A stretch of DNA of 64,000 nucleotides from Rubripirellula sp. (GCA_965216875.1 OZ244207.1:2240001-2304000), one strand, 5' to 3'; shown: positions 48,411 through 59,192, counted from the first letter of the stretch. The notes: generated by a model not told the origin, from the sequence alone. Numbers and translations are program-made.

Positions 48411-49346
48411 ATGCACGCGTCCCACCTAACGTTTCAACGCGTCCGTCGTGGCTTCACTCTCGTTGAGTTGCTCGTGGTCATTACGATCATCGGCATCCTG
48501 CTGGGATTGTTGTTGCCCGCCGTCCAGGCCGCCCGCGAAGCGGCTCGTAAGACGAGTTGTTCAAACAACCTCAAGCAGTATTCGCTCGGGCTTCAGAACT
48601 ATCATTCGGCGTTCAAAGTCTTTCCCTCGGGAAGCTATCACTCGACACCGAATTCGTATTCGTGGGGGATGGTTTCGCAAGTGCTTCCGTACATCGAGGA
48701 AAGCGCGAAGTTTGATTCGATTGACTTCTCACAGTGGCACTGTGGCGACCACATCAAGGAGCTGCAGGCGATTGGGGCGAACGACCCCTCGTCGTCTCCG
48801 ATCGAGATCCTGCAATGTCCAAGTGACCCGGCAAGCGGGCGCTCACTCTTGAGTGGCCCCAATGGACCATTGCCTCTTTCAGGTGATGCCGGTGTCCTTT
48901 ACCCGATCGATTATGTCGGCATCGCCGGCAGCAACGACACTGAATTCGGAAACGATTTCACTGGGTGCGCCGGTATCCTGGACGGAAACGGGATGTACTA
49001 CAGCCGAAGCATGACGCGTTTTCGCGATGTACTCGATGGTGCGTCCAATACGATCGCCGTGGGTGAACGGGCGATTCCAAGAGACCTTGGTTGGGGCTGG
49101 CCCATCTGCGGCGGCCACGAGTGCGAGCACTACATTTCTTCTGCACTCGGCTTGTTCATGGGAAACCACCTCGACGCGGAATACGCACTCCACATTCAAC
49201 ATCTGTGGAGTTGGCACCCGGGCGGTACCCATATCACGATGGTCGATGGAAGCGTCCACTTCATCAGCTACAGCATGGACCACCAGACCTATCTCGATCT
49301 CACGACCCGCGCCGGCAAAGAACGAATCACCTACGATTTCAACTAG
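48411..49346 (+). CDS. DUF1559 prepilin-type N-terminal cleavage/methylation protein
   Basis: GFTLVELLVVITIIGILLGLLLPAVQAAREAAR..CSNNLKQ; CPSD; DGASNT; HPGGTHITMVDGSV (H-X9-DG). Confidence 0.95.
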   Translation: MHASHLTFQRVRRGFTLVELLVVITIIGILLGLLLPAVQAAREAARKTSCSNNLKQYSLGLQNYHSAFKVFPSGSYHSTPNSYSWGMVSQVLPYIEESAKFDSIDFSQWHCGDHIKELQAIGANDPSSSPIEILQCPSDPASGRSLLSGPNGPLPLSGDAGVLYPIDYVGIAGSNDTEFGNDFTGCAGILDGNGMYYSRSMTRFRDVLDGASNTIAVGERAIPRDLGWGWPICGGHECEHYISSALGLFMGNHLDAEYALHIQHLWSWHPGGTHITMVDGSVHFISYSMDHQTYLDLTTRAGKERITYDFN

Positions 49347-49465
49347 GACTTCTTGCGTGGCCGGGATTATGGCCCGGCCCATCATGCGACTCGCGGCTCA
49401 TCCATTGCGCGTTCTCTTATCCGTGTGATTCGTTTGACCCGTGGTTCCTTCTTTGCTGTTTCCGC

Positions 49466-51376
49466 TCACGCACGCATCGCTGTCCAAACCTGCTGTGCAG
49501 CATCGAGATCGTTTTGCGACGCCTTTCCCCGTCCGTACACAATTCGGTTGTAGGAATCGACCACCTTTGCCGCTGGCGCCGAAACGGTGGGAACCGACTT
49601 CGATATCCGCTGGATGAACTCACTCGGCGTCTCATCCTTGCCGCGCGTTGCACCCTGCTCACGGCTCCACGCCTCAAACGCTTGGAAGGTGATGACAACG
49701 ATGCGCCTCGGGTCCTTTTCCAGTCCGAAGGGGTTGCGATAGGAGGCAAAGGGTTTGGGAGGTGCTCTGCTATCGGTCTCGATGAGATCGCGGAGCGTTC
49801 CCTGTTTTGATTCCGGTTCTCGTTGCCCCCACGAGAGCAGGTTGCGAAAGAACTCAGCAATCGCATCACGGTTGATCCAAAGGTACGCGCCGACAATGCC
49901 AATCAGCAGCAGGAAGATGAGCGCTTTGAAAAACCCGCCGAGGGCCTCGGGGAATTCACTCGGCAAGCTCGTTTGCTTTGCATCAGCCGATTGCGATTGC
50001 GATTCTTGCTGCTGTTGACTCTCGGCGCCATCGGCGTCGTTTTCATCAGGATTATTCTCCTGGTCCAGCGGCGTTGGCGAAGCATCCTGCTTTTCAGCCG
50101 CTTCGACATCGTCGCCTTGTTTGGGACTTTCCGGCGAATTGGATTCGTCGCCACTTTCCTGCGCGTTGTCAGCCGATTGCGAGGATTCACCCTGCTGGCC
50201 CGACTCGCCCTCGCCGCCATCCTCCCCATTGGCTTGAGACGATTCCTGGGATTGGTTATGTTGCGACTGACTTCCCTGTTGTTGAGATTCCGATTCACCT
50301 TTGCCGTTGTCTTTGGATTGCTGGTCTCCGCCGCCGGACTTTTCACCACCCTTTTGCTGGCCGGCTGGACCGTCCTCGCGATCACCATCCGCGGCGTTTC
50401 CTGCTTCCGCACCGCGTTGCGTACGAATGCTCTGAATCTCTTTTCCTTGCTGGTTCGGATCGTTGGCGGTCGTTGATGCGCCCGGGGCGCCTTTGTCAGC
50501 CGCATCTTCTCCCCAGCCAAAGCGACTCGCTTCGGTATCGCTAGGCGAATCGAGAAATTCAAATTCAGGAACTTTGAACGATGCGATCGCACGTCCAGGC
50601 AGGGGCGCGAGGTAACCGATCGTCAGAATCGCGCCAATCAAAATCAGGCCGCCGGCGAGCCAAGCAATCGACACGTCCTTGGGCATGTCGACATGGCGTT
50701 GACGCAAGTAACGGCGCAGACCGAGAAAGCTCGTCGTCACCAACAGCGAGAGGCTCGAAAAGAGATAGAACGCGAGCAGGAACTGAGCACGCTGCCAAGT
50801 GTGTTGGTCATCACGCAGAAGGAATTGTCCAATCCCAAACAGCGGTAACGCGGCAAGAGCCAAATAGAGCACGGTTCGGCCCGGCTGGTTTTGCCCTTTG
50901 CCCGCCTTGGTTCGCACCGGCTGTGCATCATCCTCTGCGATCTCGTCCGACTCGATCTTCTTCTTGACGAACATGCGTCCTGAATCGATCAAACCTTGTC
51001 CGCTCGAATCAACGGATTCGTCGATCAGCGTGCAGTCATGGACAATGCGATCGGCCAAGACAGCGATCAGAATCAGGATAAAGCCTGAGAAAATCGGCGA
51101 GTTCACGTAGCGCAGCATCGCTATGAAAGCGACGATGCCAAGCAATCCCGCATAGCCCATGGCCGTCGAGCGATCTTTTTCGATCGAGACGCGTGCAATG
51201 CCGACGGTGCCGAGCGTGAAAAAGACGAGTGTCCACGCCAGCTTGAAAGGTTGGCCACCGTGATAAAAGACCAACATTAAGAAGTTTGCCAGACTGCTGA
51301 TCATGGCAAAGATCAGCAACGGTGCGATCGCGATCGCGGCGTAGTCGGCAGCGGTCTTGGGGCGCGTGTCTACAAT
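49466..51376 (-). CDS. Membrane protein with Q/S/E-rich linker and C-terminal DUF4129-like domain
   Basis: Several transmembrane helices, low-complexity linker, FEAWSRE..ETPSEF..YNRIVYG. Frame open to 51379; start is TTG 51319 or ATT 51376. Confidence 0.75.
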   Translation of the reverse strand: MVDTRPKTAADYAAIAIAPLLIFAMISSLANFLMLVFYHGGQPFKLAWTLVFFTLGTVGIARVSIEKDRSTAMGYAGLLGIVAFIAMLRYVNSPIFSGFILILIAVLADRIVHDCTLIDESVDSSGQGLIDSGRMFVKKKIESDEIAEDDAQPVRTKAGKGQNQPGRTVLYLALAALPLFGIGQFLLRDDQHTWQRAQFLLAFYLFSSLSLLVTTSFLGLRRYLRQRHVDMPKDVSIAWLAGGLILIGAILTIGYLAPLPGRAIASFKVPEFEFLDSPSDTEASRFGWGEDAADKGAPGASTTANDPNQQGKEIQSIRTQRGAEAGNAADGDREDGPAGQQKGGEKSGGGDQQSKDNGKGESESQQQGSQSQHNQSQESSQANGEDGGEGESGQQGESSQSADNAQESGDESNSPESPKQGDDVEAAEKQDASPTPLDQENNPDENDADGAESQQQQESQSQSADAKQTSLPSEFPEALGGFFKALIFLLLIGIVGAYLWINRDAIAEFFRNLLSWGQREPESKQGTLRDLIETDSRAPPKPFASYRNPFGLEKDPRRIVVITFQAFEAWSREQGATRGKDETPSEFIQRISKSVPTVSAPAAKVVDSYNRIVYGRGKASQNDLDAAQQVWTAMRA

Positions 51377-51379
51377 CGC

Positions 51380-51610
51380 TTATGACTCTTTGTTTTCATC
51401 ATCGGGATGCGACTCTCGCCAACGCTTCATGGCGGGACCGATTGAGTTCATCGGGACCCACTTGCCACGTGTTTTCGAGCTTTGCAGTAGTGTGTCGGGC
51501 GAGATCTTGCCTTGATCAATGCGTAGTAGCAAGTCCGCCTCAGAAATCGGTCCTACACGACGACCTTTGCGGAGCCACCCGCTCGCCATGTAGTACCAGC
51601 CCGCTCCCAT
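51380..51610 (-). CDS. GYF_2/DUF4339-like small protein
   Basis: WYY..VGPISEADLLLRIDQGKISPDTLL..W. Confidence 0.72.
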   Translation of the reverse strand: MGAGWYYMASGWLRKGRRVGPISEADLLLRIDQGKISPDTLLQSSKTRGKWVPMNSIGPAMKRWRESHPDDENKES

Positions 51611-51869
51611 CGTCACTTCTCCCGATTGGCGGATCGAATTGACAGCCTCATCCCATCCCAATTGCCATCGTTGGTCGCAATGACGCCTCAGTTTCGCTTC
51701 GGTGCTTAGCTGAGATTGGGGGTGGAACGAGATTTCAAACGTTCTGTCTAGTTTAACGTCGCGTTGCGACAACCAAAAAGGCTTTTATCGCACTTTTCGG
51801 CACAATCCGAACCGCTAATTGGGAGATAAAGCGGGGATCGGCGGGCGTTTATCGTACCAACCGCGCCGC

Positions 51870-52640
51870 TTACCAGCGTCCACTGCCGCGGTCGTTGCCG
51901 ACAATCTGCTGTGCCTCTGGGCTAATCCCGTAGGCAAGGTCGGGCTGGTTCAGTTCCAGAAAGACCGTGTACTTCTGGTGGACGGCATCGGAGTAAACGA
52001 CGGGCGCATGGGAAAGACGCAGAAAATGCACCGGCTGGCCGTTCCATCGACGAGTCAGCACGCCCGCTTCCAAAGTCGGTTCTTTCGCCAGGCCGTAGTG
52101 CTGAGTCATGGAATTGACCAGCGTTGTCGGATTGCCGGTGAACCCATGAATCGTAACACGTTGTAACTGATGCTTGTGGTCGAAGTAGTAGGTGAGCGTT
52201 CCGGCGATATCGCTCGCCCCCGTTCCCGTCACGATCGGCACACGCAACGCTTCCAGATGCAAGTCCGCCAAGACGGTGCTGACGCGCGAGAATCGATTGA
52301 TCACCCATTGGGGCGAGATGTCAAATCGCAAGATCTCGCGGATGTCGTGAATCGGTTGCCCAACCAGGGTCGGCTGGTCGGACCGGCCGGCTGGAAGGCC
52401 ACCGAGTCTTGCGGCGACTTCTTTGTCGTAGCGAAACCGCGAGCCATCGACTTCCCGCAGGTTCTCGACGTCGTGTAGCGCGTTGTCAGTCTCACTGTAG
52501 CGCACCGGTGTCAGCGTCGAATCGGACAGGGTGCCCGTGATTGACGAAACAGTGTCACGGCCAACGTCGGTTTGAGTCGCAACATAAGGCGTGCCGGCAA
52601 GCGCGCCTGCGAGTGCGATCGTGCGAATGCGAGGGATCAT
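51870..52640 (-). CDS. Conserved planctomycete hypothetical protein (DUF6690-like)
   Basis: EILRFDISPQWVINRFSRVST..LRVPIVTGTGASDIAGTLTYYFD; family name from recall. Confidence 0.65.
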   Translation of the reverse strand: MIPRIRTIALAGALAGTPYVATQTDVGRDTVSSITGTLSDSTLTPVRYSETDNALHDVENLREVDGSRFRYDKEVAARLGGLPAGRSDQPTLVGQPIHDIREILRFDISPQWVINRFSRVSTVLADLHLEALRVPIVTGTGASDIAGTLTYYFDHKHQLQRVTIHGFTGNPTTLVNSMTQHYGLAKEPTLEAGVLTRRWNGQPVHFLRLSHAPVVYSDAVHQKYTVFLELNQPDLAYGISPEAQQIVGNDRGSGRW

Positions 52641-52826
52641 GGTTTTCTTTGCGATCAATCTGGGAAGGACGGAGAGACGCATTTTCTCTCTTCGGTTTCG
52701 GACTCACCTGGAGTTGCGATGGGATCTTGGTACAGTTGCGATCGCTAGGACTGATACCGGCCGCACAAACCGCGTCAGCCTCCCTTCGATCTCAAACCCT
52801 CCGCCCCTCGTGCTGAATGCCCTCTC

Positions 52827-54041
52827 GTGCAAAACGATTCGCACCGCGACCCACGTATCGAAGCACTCGATCAACATCGCGATCGGTGCGTCGATGCGAT
52901 CGAACACTTGGTCGCCGGCGGCGCACAGTCTTCGGAACTGAAGAAACTCAAGAGCGAGTTTGGCAGCGAAGTCGCAGGGATGATTGGCGCCGTCGCAGGT
53001 CTTCAAAAAAGAGCGCGAGCCAAACTTGGCGAGGGGATCTGGTGGGTCACCGACAAATCATTGCAACAGTCTACGCCTTGGCAAGTCGCCAAATTGAAAG
53101 CCGACTGGTTTGCCCCCGATCACGTTTACGACCTCTGCTCAGGCATCGGTGGTGACGCCTCGGCGTTGGCCACGCATCACAGCGTTACCGCGATTGACGT
53201 CGACCCACTTGTGGCGGCAATGTGCCGCGCAAACCTTGCGACGCACGCTCCCGCAGGTGCCTCAACGGTGCTTGCCAACGATGTGACAACTGTCGACTAT
53301 CCCTCGGCGTCCCAATTCCACATCGATCCTGATCGCCGCAGTGAGGGGCAGAGAACGACCAGCCCCGAGCACTATCGCCCCACGTGGATTGAAGTCGGCG
53401 GATGGATTGAGAACTGTTCGGGCGCGATCGTCAAACTTGCTCCCGTTACCGAACCACTCGACACGCCCGCTCCCTTTCATCGCTGTCTGATTTCTCTTCA
53501 GGGTACGGTGCGTGAACAATCACTTCTCTTCGGCGAATGTATCGAACGGGCCGGGGTTGCCGAAGGAACGACATCTGCTTGGCGGGTTTTTGCCGATACC
53601 ACCGCGAGCAGATTCGAAGCCTCAACGGTTGACGACGCCAACGTGCCATCGGTCGATCGTCCCCAAGACTTTCTTGTTGACCCCGACGCTTCGGTGCGTG
53701 CCGCGAAGTTAACCGGCGCATTGGCGGTTGCGGGTGGCCTATCGACCCTTGGTGGCCCAACTGGCTTTCTCACCTCGACCGAACCGCCAGGCGCCAACGT
53801 TCACTCCATGTGTTTCGTTGGACGCGTGGTTTGGAGCGGGACCGCCGATGACCGAAAACTGCGCAAAACGCTCCGCTCGCTCGATGCCCATCCGCAAACG
53901 ATCAAGGTTCGGGGCAGCGATCATAATCCCAATGTGCTCACCAAACGCTATCGAGGTTGTGGGGAAAAACCACTTGTGCTGTGGATTGGTCGCGCAGGAG
54001 GTCGCGTCTACGCCGCGTTGACTGAGCAACCGGGCGAATGA
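52827..54041 (+). CDS. Class I SAM-dependent methyltransferase with C-terminal THUMP-like domain
   Basis: LQQST, VYDLCSGIGGDA, HIDPDRR, VKLAP, DPDASVRAA, IKVRG. Confidence 0.82.
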   Translation: MQNDSHRDPRIEALDQHRDRCVDAIEHLVAGGAQSSELKKLKSEFGSEVAGMIGAVAGLQKRARAKLGEGIWWVTDKSLQQSTPWQVAKLKADWFAPDHVYDLCSGIGGDASALATHHSVTAIDVDPLVAAMCRANLATHAPAGASTVLANDVTTVDYPSASQFHIDPDRRSEGQRTTSPEHYRPTWIEVGGWIENCSGAIVKLAPVTEPLDTPAPFHRCLISLQGTVREQSLLFGECIERAGVAEGTTSAWRVFADTTASRFEASTVDDANVPSVDRPQDFLVDPDASVRAAKLTGALAVAGGLSTLGGPTGFLTSTEPPGANVHSMCFVGRVVWSGTADDRKLRKTLRSLDAHPQTIKVRGSDHNPNVLTKRYRGCGEKPLVLWIGRAGGRVYAALTEQPGE

Positions 54042-54122
54042 ACCGACGTGGCGTCAGCTTCGTCTGTTCGATAACCTGCTTGATGATTCTATGGTTGAAA
54101 CTCGTCGCCGCAAGACATCCGC

Positions 54123-55068
54123 ATGATCGAAACCACACCGCGCCGTGTTGTCGTGCTTGGAGCAAACGGATTTCTTGGATCCGCCGTCGTCAAGCATCTT
54201 TCGCATCACGGCCACCAAGTGACTGCGTATTGGCGACATTCGCGCGCTGATATCGAGGCTTTACCAAACGTCAGGTCCGTTGTTGGCGACATCCGAGACA
54301 CATGGACGTTGGCGGATGCGATTCGTGACGCAGACGTCGTCTATCATTTTGCCTCGGCAACGCACCCCAGCCTTTTCTTTTCCGACCCTGCCGCCGAGTA
54401 TTCTGAAGCGCTCCAACCACTGATCTGGCTCATCGAAGTCGCAGCCAAAAACGGCGTGAAGAAGTTGGTTTACCCTTCGTCGGGCGGAACGATTTATGCC
54501 GACGAACAAGCGCCGCGAACCGAAGCGTCGCGGGTCGATCCTCGATCGCCCTATGCCATCTTAAAGCTGACTGCAGAACAACTTCTCATTCATTCGTCGC
54601 GCCAGGGGCATTTCTCGGTCGATATCTTTCGAGTTGGCAATCCCTACGGACCAGGTCAACCCTCGCGACCTGGCCAGGGGGTGATTCCCCACTGGCTTGA
54701 TTCGATTCAATCGGGAAAGCCCGTCCGCGTGTTTGGCGACGGTACAGCCCAGCGAGACTACATCTTCATCGATGATTTCTGCAAACTGGTGGCGTTGTCC
54801 TGCCAACGGCTCGAAGAAACGGCGATCATGAATCTAGGCACAGGGCAGGGCACGTCCCTTAACGAGCTGCTTGCCGTCATCAAGGATCTGGCAAACGAGT
54901 CCATCACGGTCGAAAACCTCGATTCCCGCGCGAGTGACATTCACACCATCGCACTGCGGCCCGACCGCTTGCTTGAGCTGCATCCGGACTTCGAATTCAC
55001 GCCGCTCAAAGAGGGTTTGCGGCAAACGTTGGCCGACCGTGGGATGATCAGCATTGAAGAGCATGAGT

Positions 55069-55070
<2 letters not shown>
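54123..55070 (+). CDS. NAD-dependent epimerase/dehydratase (extended SDR)
   Basis: GANGFLG, SSGGTIY, YAILK (YxxxK), NPYGPGQ, GDGTAQRDYIFIDD. Confidence 0.92.
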
Positions 55071-55533
<463 letters not shown>

Positions 55534-55605
55534 ACACATGCCCTTTCAAGATGATCGACCGATTGCAGATCGACAAGGTTCACTTGATACTGGGCACCAA
55601 CTCAT

Positions 55606-56940
55606 TTGACCACTTTCCCCAATTCTTGCTGCCCTCACGGACAAGTGACCTCGCCAACGGACTCCACGGTCGATCCGAACAACGTCGATAACGGCGAAAC
55701 CGACGTTCGTCAAACGGACGTTCCGGAAACCGGTGTTGAGCGTGAAAGTGACGAAGTCGCCGGAAAACGCGTTGCCTTGGTCGGCCGATTCGGGGGTATG
55801 AATCGTCGCGAAGCCTCGAATGTCTTGCGGTCCTTTTCGGCAATCATTGTCGATCGCGATGCAGGATCGGTCGATTGGGTCGTGATCGGTGCCGAGGAAT
55901 CGCCGCTTGCCGAAGCCGAGCTGCTCAGCGATCAAACTCGCGCCTCGGCTGCCCGTGGTGACCTCGAGATCCTGCACGAAACCGAGCTTTGGCAGCGTCT
56001 TGGACTTGTCGATGTCGAACAATCGGTCCGTCGCTATTACACCCCCGCGATGCTCGCCCATCTACTCGGCGTTTCCTCCTCGGTCATTCGCCGTTGGCAT
56101 CGACGCGGATTGATCACCCCGGTTCGCACACTGCACAAACTGCCCTATTTCGATTTCCAGGAAGTCGCCACCGCCCGACGCTTGGCTCAATGGATCGCGT
56201 CGGGCGCGAGCCCAGAAGCCATCGAACATCGGCTCGTTGAACTCGTTGCCGTCCTGCCGGACATCCAACGCCCCCTCGACCAACTATCGATCCTTGTCGA
56301 GGGCAAACAGGTCCTGCTCCGCCAAGGCGAGGGTTTGATCGAACCCGGTGGACAACTGCGTTTCGACTTCGATGCATTCGATGGCGACGATCCAGAGGAA
56401 ACGACGGCGGACCAAGCCACCGTTGTTTCGTTTGTCGAACGCTCTCAGGACCATCGAGACGACTTCCCTCTCGAGAGCGAGCCATCACTCGATGAAGACC
56501 CGCTGCTGGCCGCGGTGTTTGAATCCGAGGAAGCGAACCAGCTTGCGACCTCAGTCGACTATTGCCACGCAATTCTGGCTCGAGATGGACCACGCGCCGA
56601 CGTTTGCTTCCTGCTTGCGGAATTACTGTACCGCGACGGACATGTGATCGCGGCACGCGAGCGTTATTACACGGCCGTCGAACTTGATCCCGAGTTCGTT
56701 GAAGCGCGCGCCTCGCTTGCCGGGATCCTCGCAGAAACAGGCCAACTCGATTTGGCAGTGGCTGCCTATCGCGGCGCTCTTTCGCTTCACGAAGATTATC
56801 CGGACGCGCACTACAACTTAGCGCGAATTCTCGACGAGCTCGGACGCGATATCGAAGCCCGCCATCACTGGACGCAGTTCCTTCGCCTCGCCCCCGAAAG
56901 CCCTTGGGCAGCCGAAGCCGAACAGCGACTCAAGGATTGA
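55606..56940 (+). CDS. BRCT-like + MerR-type HTH + TPR protein
   Basis: VAGKRVALVGRFGGMNRREA..WVVIG..ILHETELW (BRCT-like); YTPAMLAHLLGVSSSVIRRWHRRGLI (HTH); C-terminal TPRs (DAHYNLA). Start uncertain. Confidence 0.8.
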   Translation: MTTFPNSCCPHGQVTSPTDSTVDPNNVDNGETDVRQTDVPETGVERESDEVAGKRVALVGRFGGMNRREASNVLRSFSAIIVDRDAGSVDWVVIGAEESPLAEAELLSDQTRASAARGDLEILHETELWQRLGLVDVEQSVRRYYTPAMLAHLLGVSSSVIRRWHRRGLITPVRTLHKLPYFDFQEVATARRLAQWIASGASPEAIEHRLVELVAVLPDIQRPLDQLSILVEGKQVLLRQGEGLIEPGGQLRFDFDAFDGDDPEETTADQATVVSFVERSQDHRDDFPLESEPSLDEDPLLAAVFESEEANQLATSVDYCHAILARDGPRADVCFLLAELLYRDGHVIAARERYYTAVELDPEFVEARASLAGILAETGQLDLAVAAYRGALSLHEDYPDAHYNLARILDELGRDIEARHHWTQFLRLAPESPWAAEAEQRLKD

Positions 56941-57198
56941 TTAATCTTCCTTGCGACATCGATCGCATCGTGTAGGGCGCGCCGCCTCCGTCGCCTTACC
57001 GACCTCGTAATAGAACTTCTGTTGCTTGGCGGACCAGATGGACGTTTGCCCGCATTTTCGACAAGTGAACGAGAGGTCCAGGTAATAGCTCGGCAACGGC
57101 AACTCCGAAGTCGACGTCGCCTGCTGTGAAGGATCTGCTGGGATTGCCCCTTTAGGAATCCGACGCCGTCGTGGTTTCAATTTCTTCGGACGCGACAT
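56941..57198 (-). CDS. Zinc-ribbon domain protein
   Basis: YLDLSFTCRKCG..WSAKQQKFYYE..RCDRCR. Confidence 0.78.
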   Translation of the reverse strand: MSRPKKLKPRRRRIPKGAIPADPSQQATSTSELPLPSYYLDLSFTCRKCGQTSIWSAKQQKFYYEVGKATEAARPTRCDRCRKED

Positions 57199-57519
57199 GG
57201 CTTCACCAAATGGAGAATTGCAGGAACCAGCAATTGTAACTCGAGTCATCGATGATCAGGCGCGCCGACATTCGTCCCAAAGCGATAGCTCACGAATCTC
57301 AGAGGCGGAACGGTACCTTCGAGCCGCTCCAATAGCGTTTACCGCAGATTCCACGCGCCATCGGTATCGTTCCGAATGTACCGGTCGCGCAACTCTCACT
57401 AGTCTCCTGGCGCAATCTTTGAGGAAACGTCCCGGTTTTTGCCAACCGGCACAGTTTCCCTAGTCCATAAATTCGAGGCGAAATGTACGTTTCGAGAAGC
57501 ACGTAGAGGGAAATGGGGC

Positions 57520-58995
57520 ATGGCATCTGACCGTCCAACGACTGGCCGCAAAGCGCTGGAAGTCAATCTTGATCCGCGACGATATGGTTCCTTTGCCGAG
57601 ATCGGCGCTGGCCAGGAAGTCGTCCGCTGGTTCTTCCGCGTCGGTGGTGCTGCCGGGACCATTGCTAAGAGCATATCGGCGTATGACATGTCGGTTAGCG
57701 ACGCGATCTATGGTTCGGCCGAACGTTACGTTTGCCGCCAACGCCTCGTGCAAATGCTCGAGCGAGAGCATTCCTTGAATCTCGAACGGCTACGTGAAAG
57801 CCGCGGTGACACGACCGCCTTCTTTGCGTTTGCCGACACCGTCTCAGCGCGCAATTTCCACGGCACCAATGAATGCCATGGCTGGATCGGTATTCGATTC
57901 CAAGCACATCCTCGCGATCAAGACAGCCAAATCATCTTGCACGTTCGGATGCTTGACACCGAAAACGCGTTGCAACAGGAAGCGCTCGGGATCGTCGGGG
58001 TGAACCTGCTTTATGGCGCGTTCTTCCTCCACCACGAACCTGAACAATTGGTCGAATCGCTGCTCGACAACCTGAGCACGCGTCGCATCGAAATCGACAT
58101 GATCGAGTTCTCGGGAATCGGGTTCCGTCACGTCGACAATCGTGTGATGAGCCTGAAACTCGTTCAACTTGGTCTTTCCAACGCTGCGATGTTCTCGGCA
58201 AGCGGCGACGTCTTGCAACCCTCGGAAGTGTTGCGAAAACGTCCCATCCTTGTCGAACGCGGTAGTTTCCGACCGCTGACAAACGTCAACGTTGATATGT
58301 TGCGCGCTGCAAAGGAGAAGTTCCAACAGGAGGAGGACGTCGACGGCGATGACATCGTCACGCTGGCTGAAATCACCATGCGGAACCTCAAGGCGAACGG
58401 AGAAATCGACCTTCGAGACTTCCTGCACCGCGTCGATGCTTTGGCAGCCTGCGGGATGACCGTCCTGATTTCCGACTATTTTGAATACTACCGCCTTGCA
58501 GCTTACTTGGCGCGTTACACCAAGAACAAAATCGGCGTCACGATGGGCGCTGCGAGCTTGACCGAGCTGTTCGACGAAAAGTACTACCACGAACTCGAAG
58601 GTGGGATCCTCGAATCGTTCGGCCGCATGTTTAAGAACGACCTACGGCTTTACATCTATCCCCTCCTCAACCGCGAGACCGGTGAGATGACCACGGTGGA
58701 TAGCCTGCAGGTCTCGCCAGAGATCTACAACCTGTATCAGTACTTGGTCGACAAGGGCTGCATTCTGCAACTCGATAACCACGACGAACGCCACCTGCGT
58801 ACCTTCTCACGCGAAGTCTTGCGGATGATCCAGGCAGGCGAAGATGGATGGACGGCACATGTGCCCGGCGAGGTAGCTGAAGTGATCAAAGAACGCGGCT
58901 ACTTCGGCTACAAGCGAGACAAGAAGGTCGTGTCAGCACCGCCAGTGCTCACCACCGCACTACCAACGCTAACGGCTCCACCAACAAACGCATGA
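57520..58995 (+). CDS. Cytoplasmic nucleotidyltransferase-superfamily protein (putative NAD salvage enzyme)
   Basis: YGSFAEIGAGQEVVRWFF; ERGSFRP; FSREVL..W..VPGEVAEVIKERGYFG tail resembling NadD; no signal peptide. Confidence 0.65.
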   Translation: MASDRPTTGRKALEVNLDPRRYGSFAEIGAGQEVVRWFFRVGGAAGTIAKSISAYDMSVSDAIYGSAERYVCRQRLVQMLEREHSLNLERLRESRGDTTAFFAFADTVSARNFHGTNECHGWIGIRFQAHPRDQDSQIILHVRMLDTENALQQEALGIVGVNLLYGAFFLHHEPEQLVESLLDNLSTRRIEIDMIEFSGIGFRHVDNRVMSLKLVQLGLSNAAMFSASGDVLQPSEVLRKRPILVERGSFRPLTNVNVDMLRAAKEKFQQEEDVDGDDIVTLAEITMRNLKANGEIDLRDFLHRVDALAACGMTVLISDYFEYYRLAAYLARYTKNKIGVTMGAASLTELFDEKYYHELEGGILESFGRMFKNDLRLYIYPLLNRETGEMTTVDSLQVSPEIYNLYQYLVDKGCILQLDNHDERHLRTFSREVLRMIQAGEDGWTAHVPGEVAEVIKERGYFGYKRDKKVVSAPPVLTTALPTLTAPPTNA

Positions 58996-59014
58996 GCCGC
59001 GAGTACCACTCCCT

Positions 59015-59091
59015 GTAGCTACGCTCGCCAGAGCGTGGGAATGCAAGAGAGTCTCTCAGCACCGCGACCACCTTCTGACGAAGGTAGCTAC
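59015..59091. repeat. REP doublet, family C (GTAGCTACGCTCGCCAGAGCGTGG ... CCACCTTCTGACGAAGGTAGCTAC)
   Basis: Inverted GTAG-initiated palindromes between convergent genes; degenerate copy near 35120-35143. Confidence 0.8.
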
Positions 59092-59101
59092 GAGTAGTAA
59101 A

Positions 59102-59153
59102 TGGGACGCGGAGCGTCCGAAGAGTGCGTTACCACGCGGAGCGGGGTAACGAG
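59102..59153. repeat. Two adjacent GCGGAGC-cored hairpins (further REP-like family)
   Basis: GGACGCGGAGCGTCC and CGTTACCACGCGGAGCGGGGTAACG. Confidence 0.6.
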
Positions 59154-59192
59154 GGCAGGCCCTACCATTCCCCGCAACCACGCTCGCGCCTG

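Noticed and set aside
57520..58995. TonB-dependent receptor label
   Set aside because: No signal peptide, no amphipathic barrel strands and no C-terminal aromatic residue; too short and alpha/beta in character.
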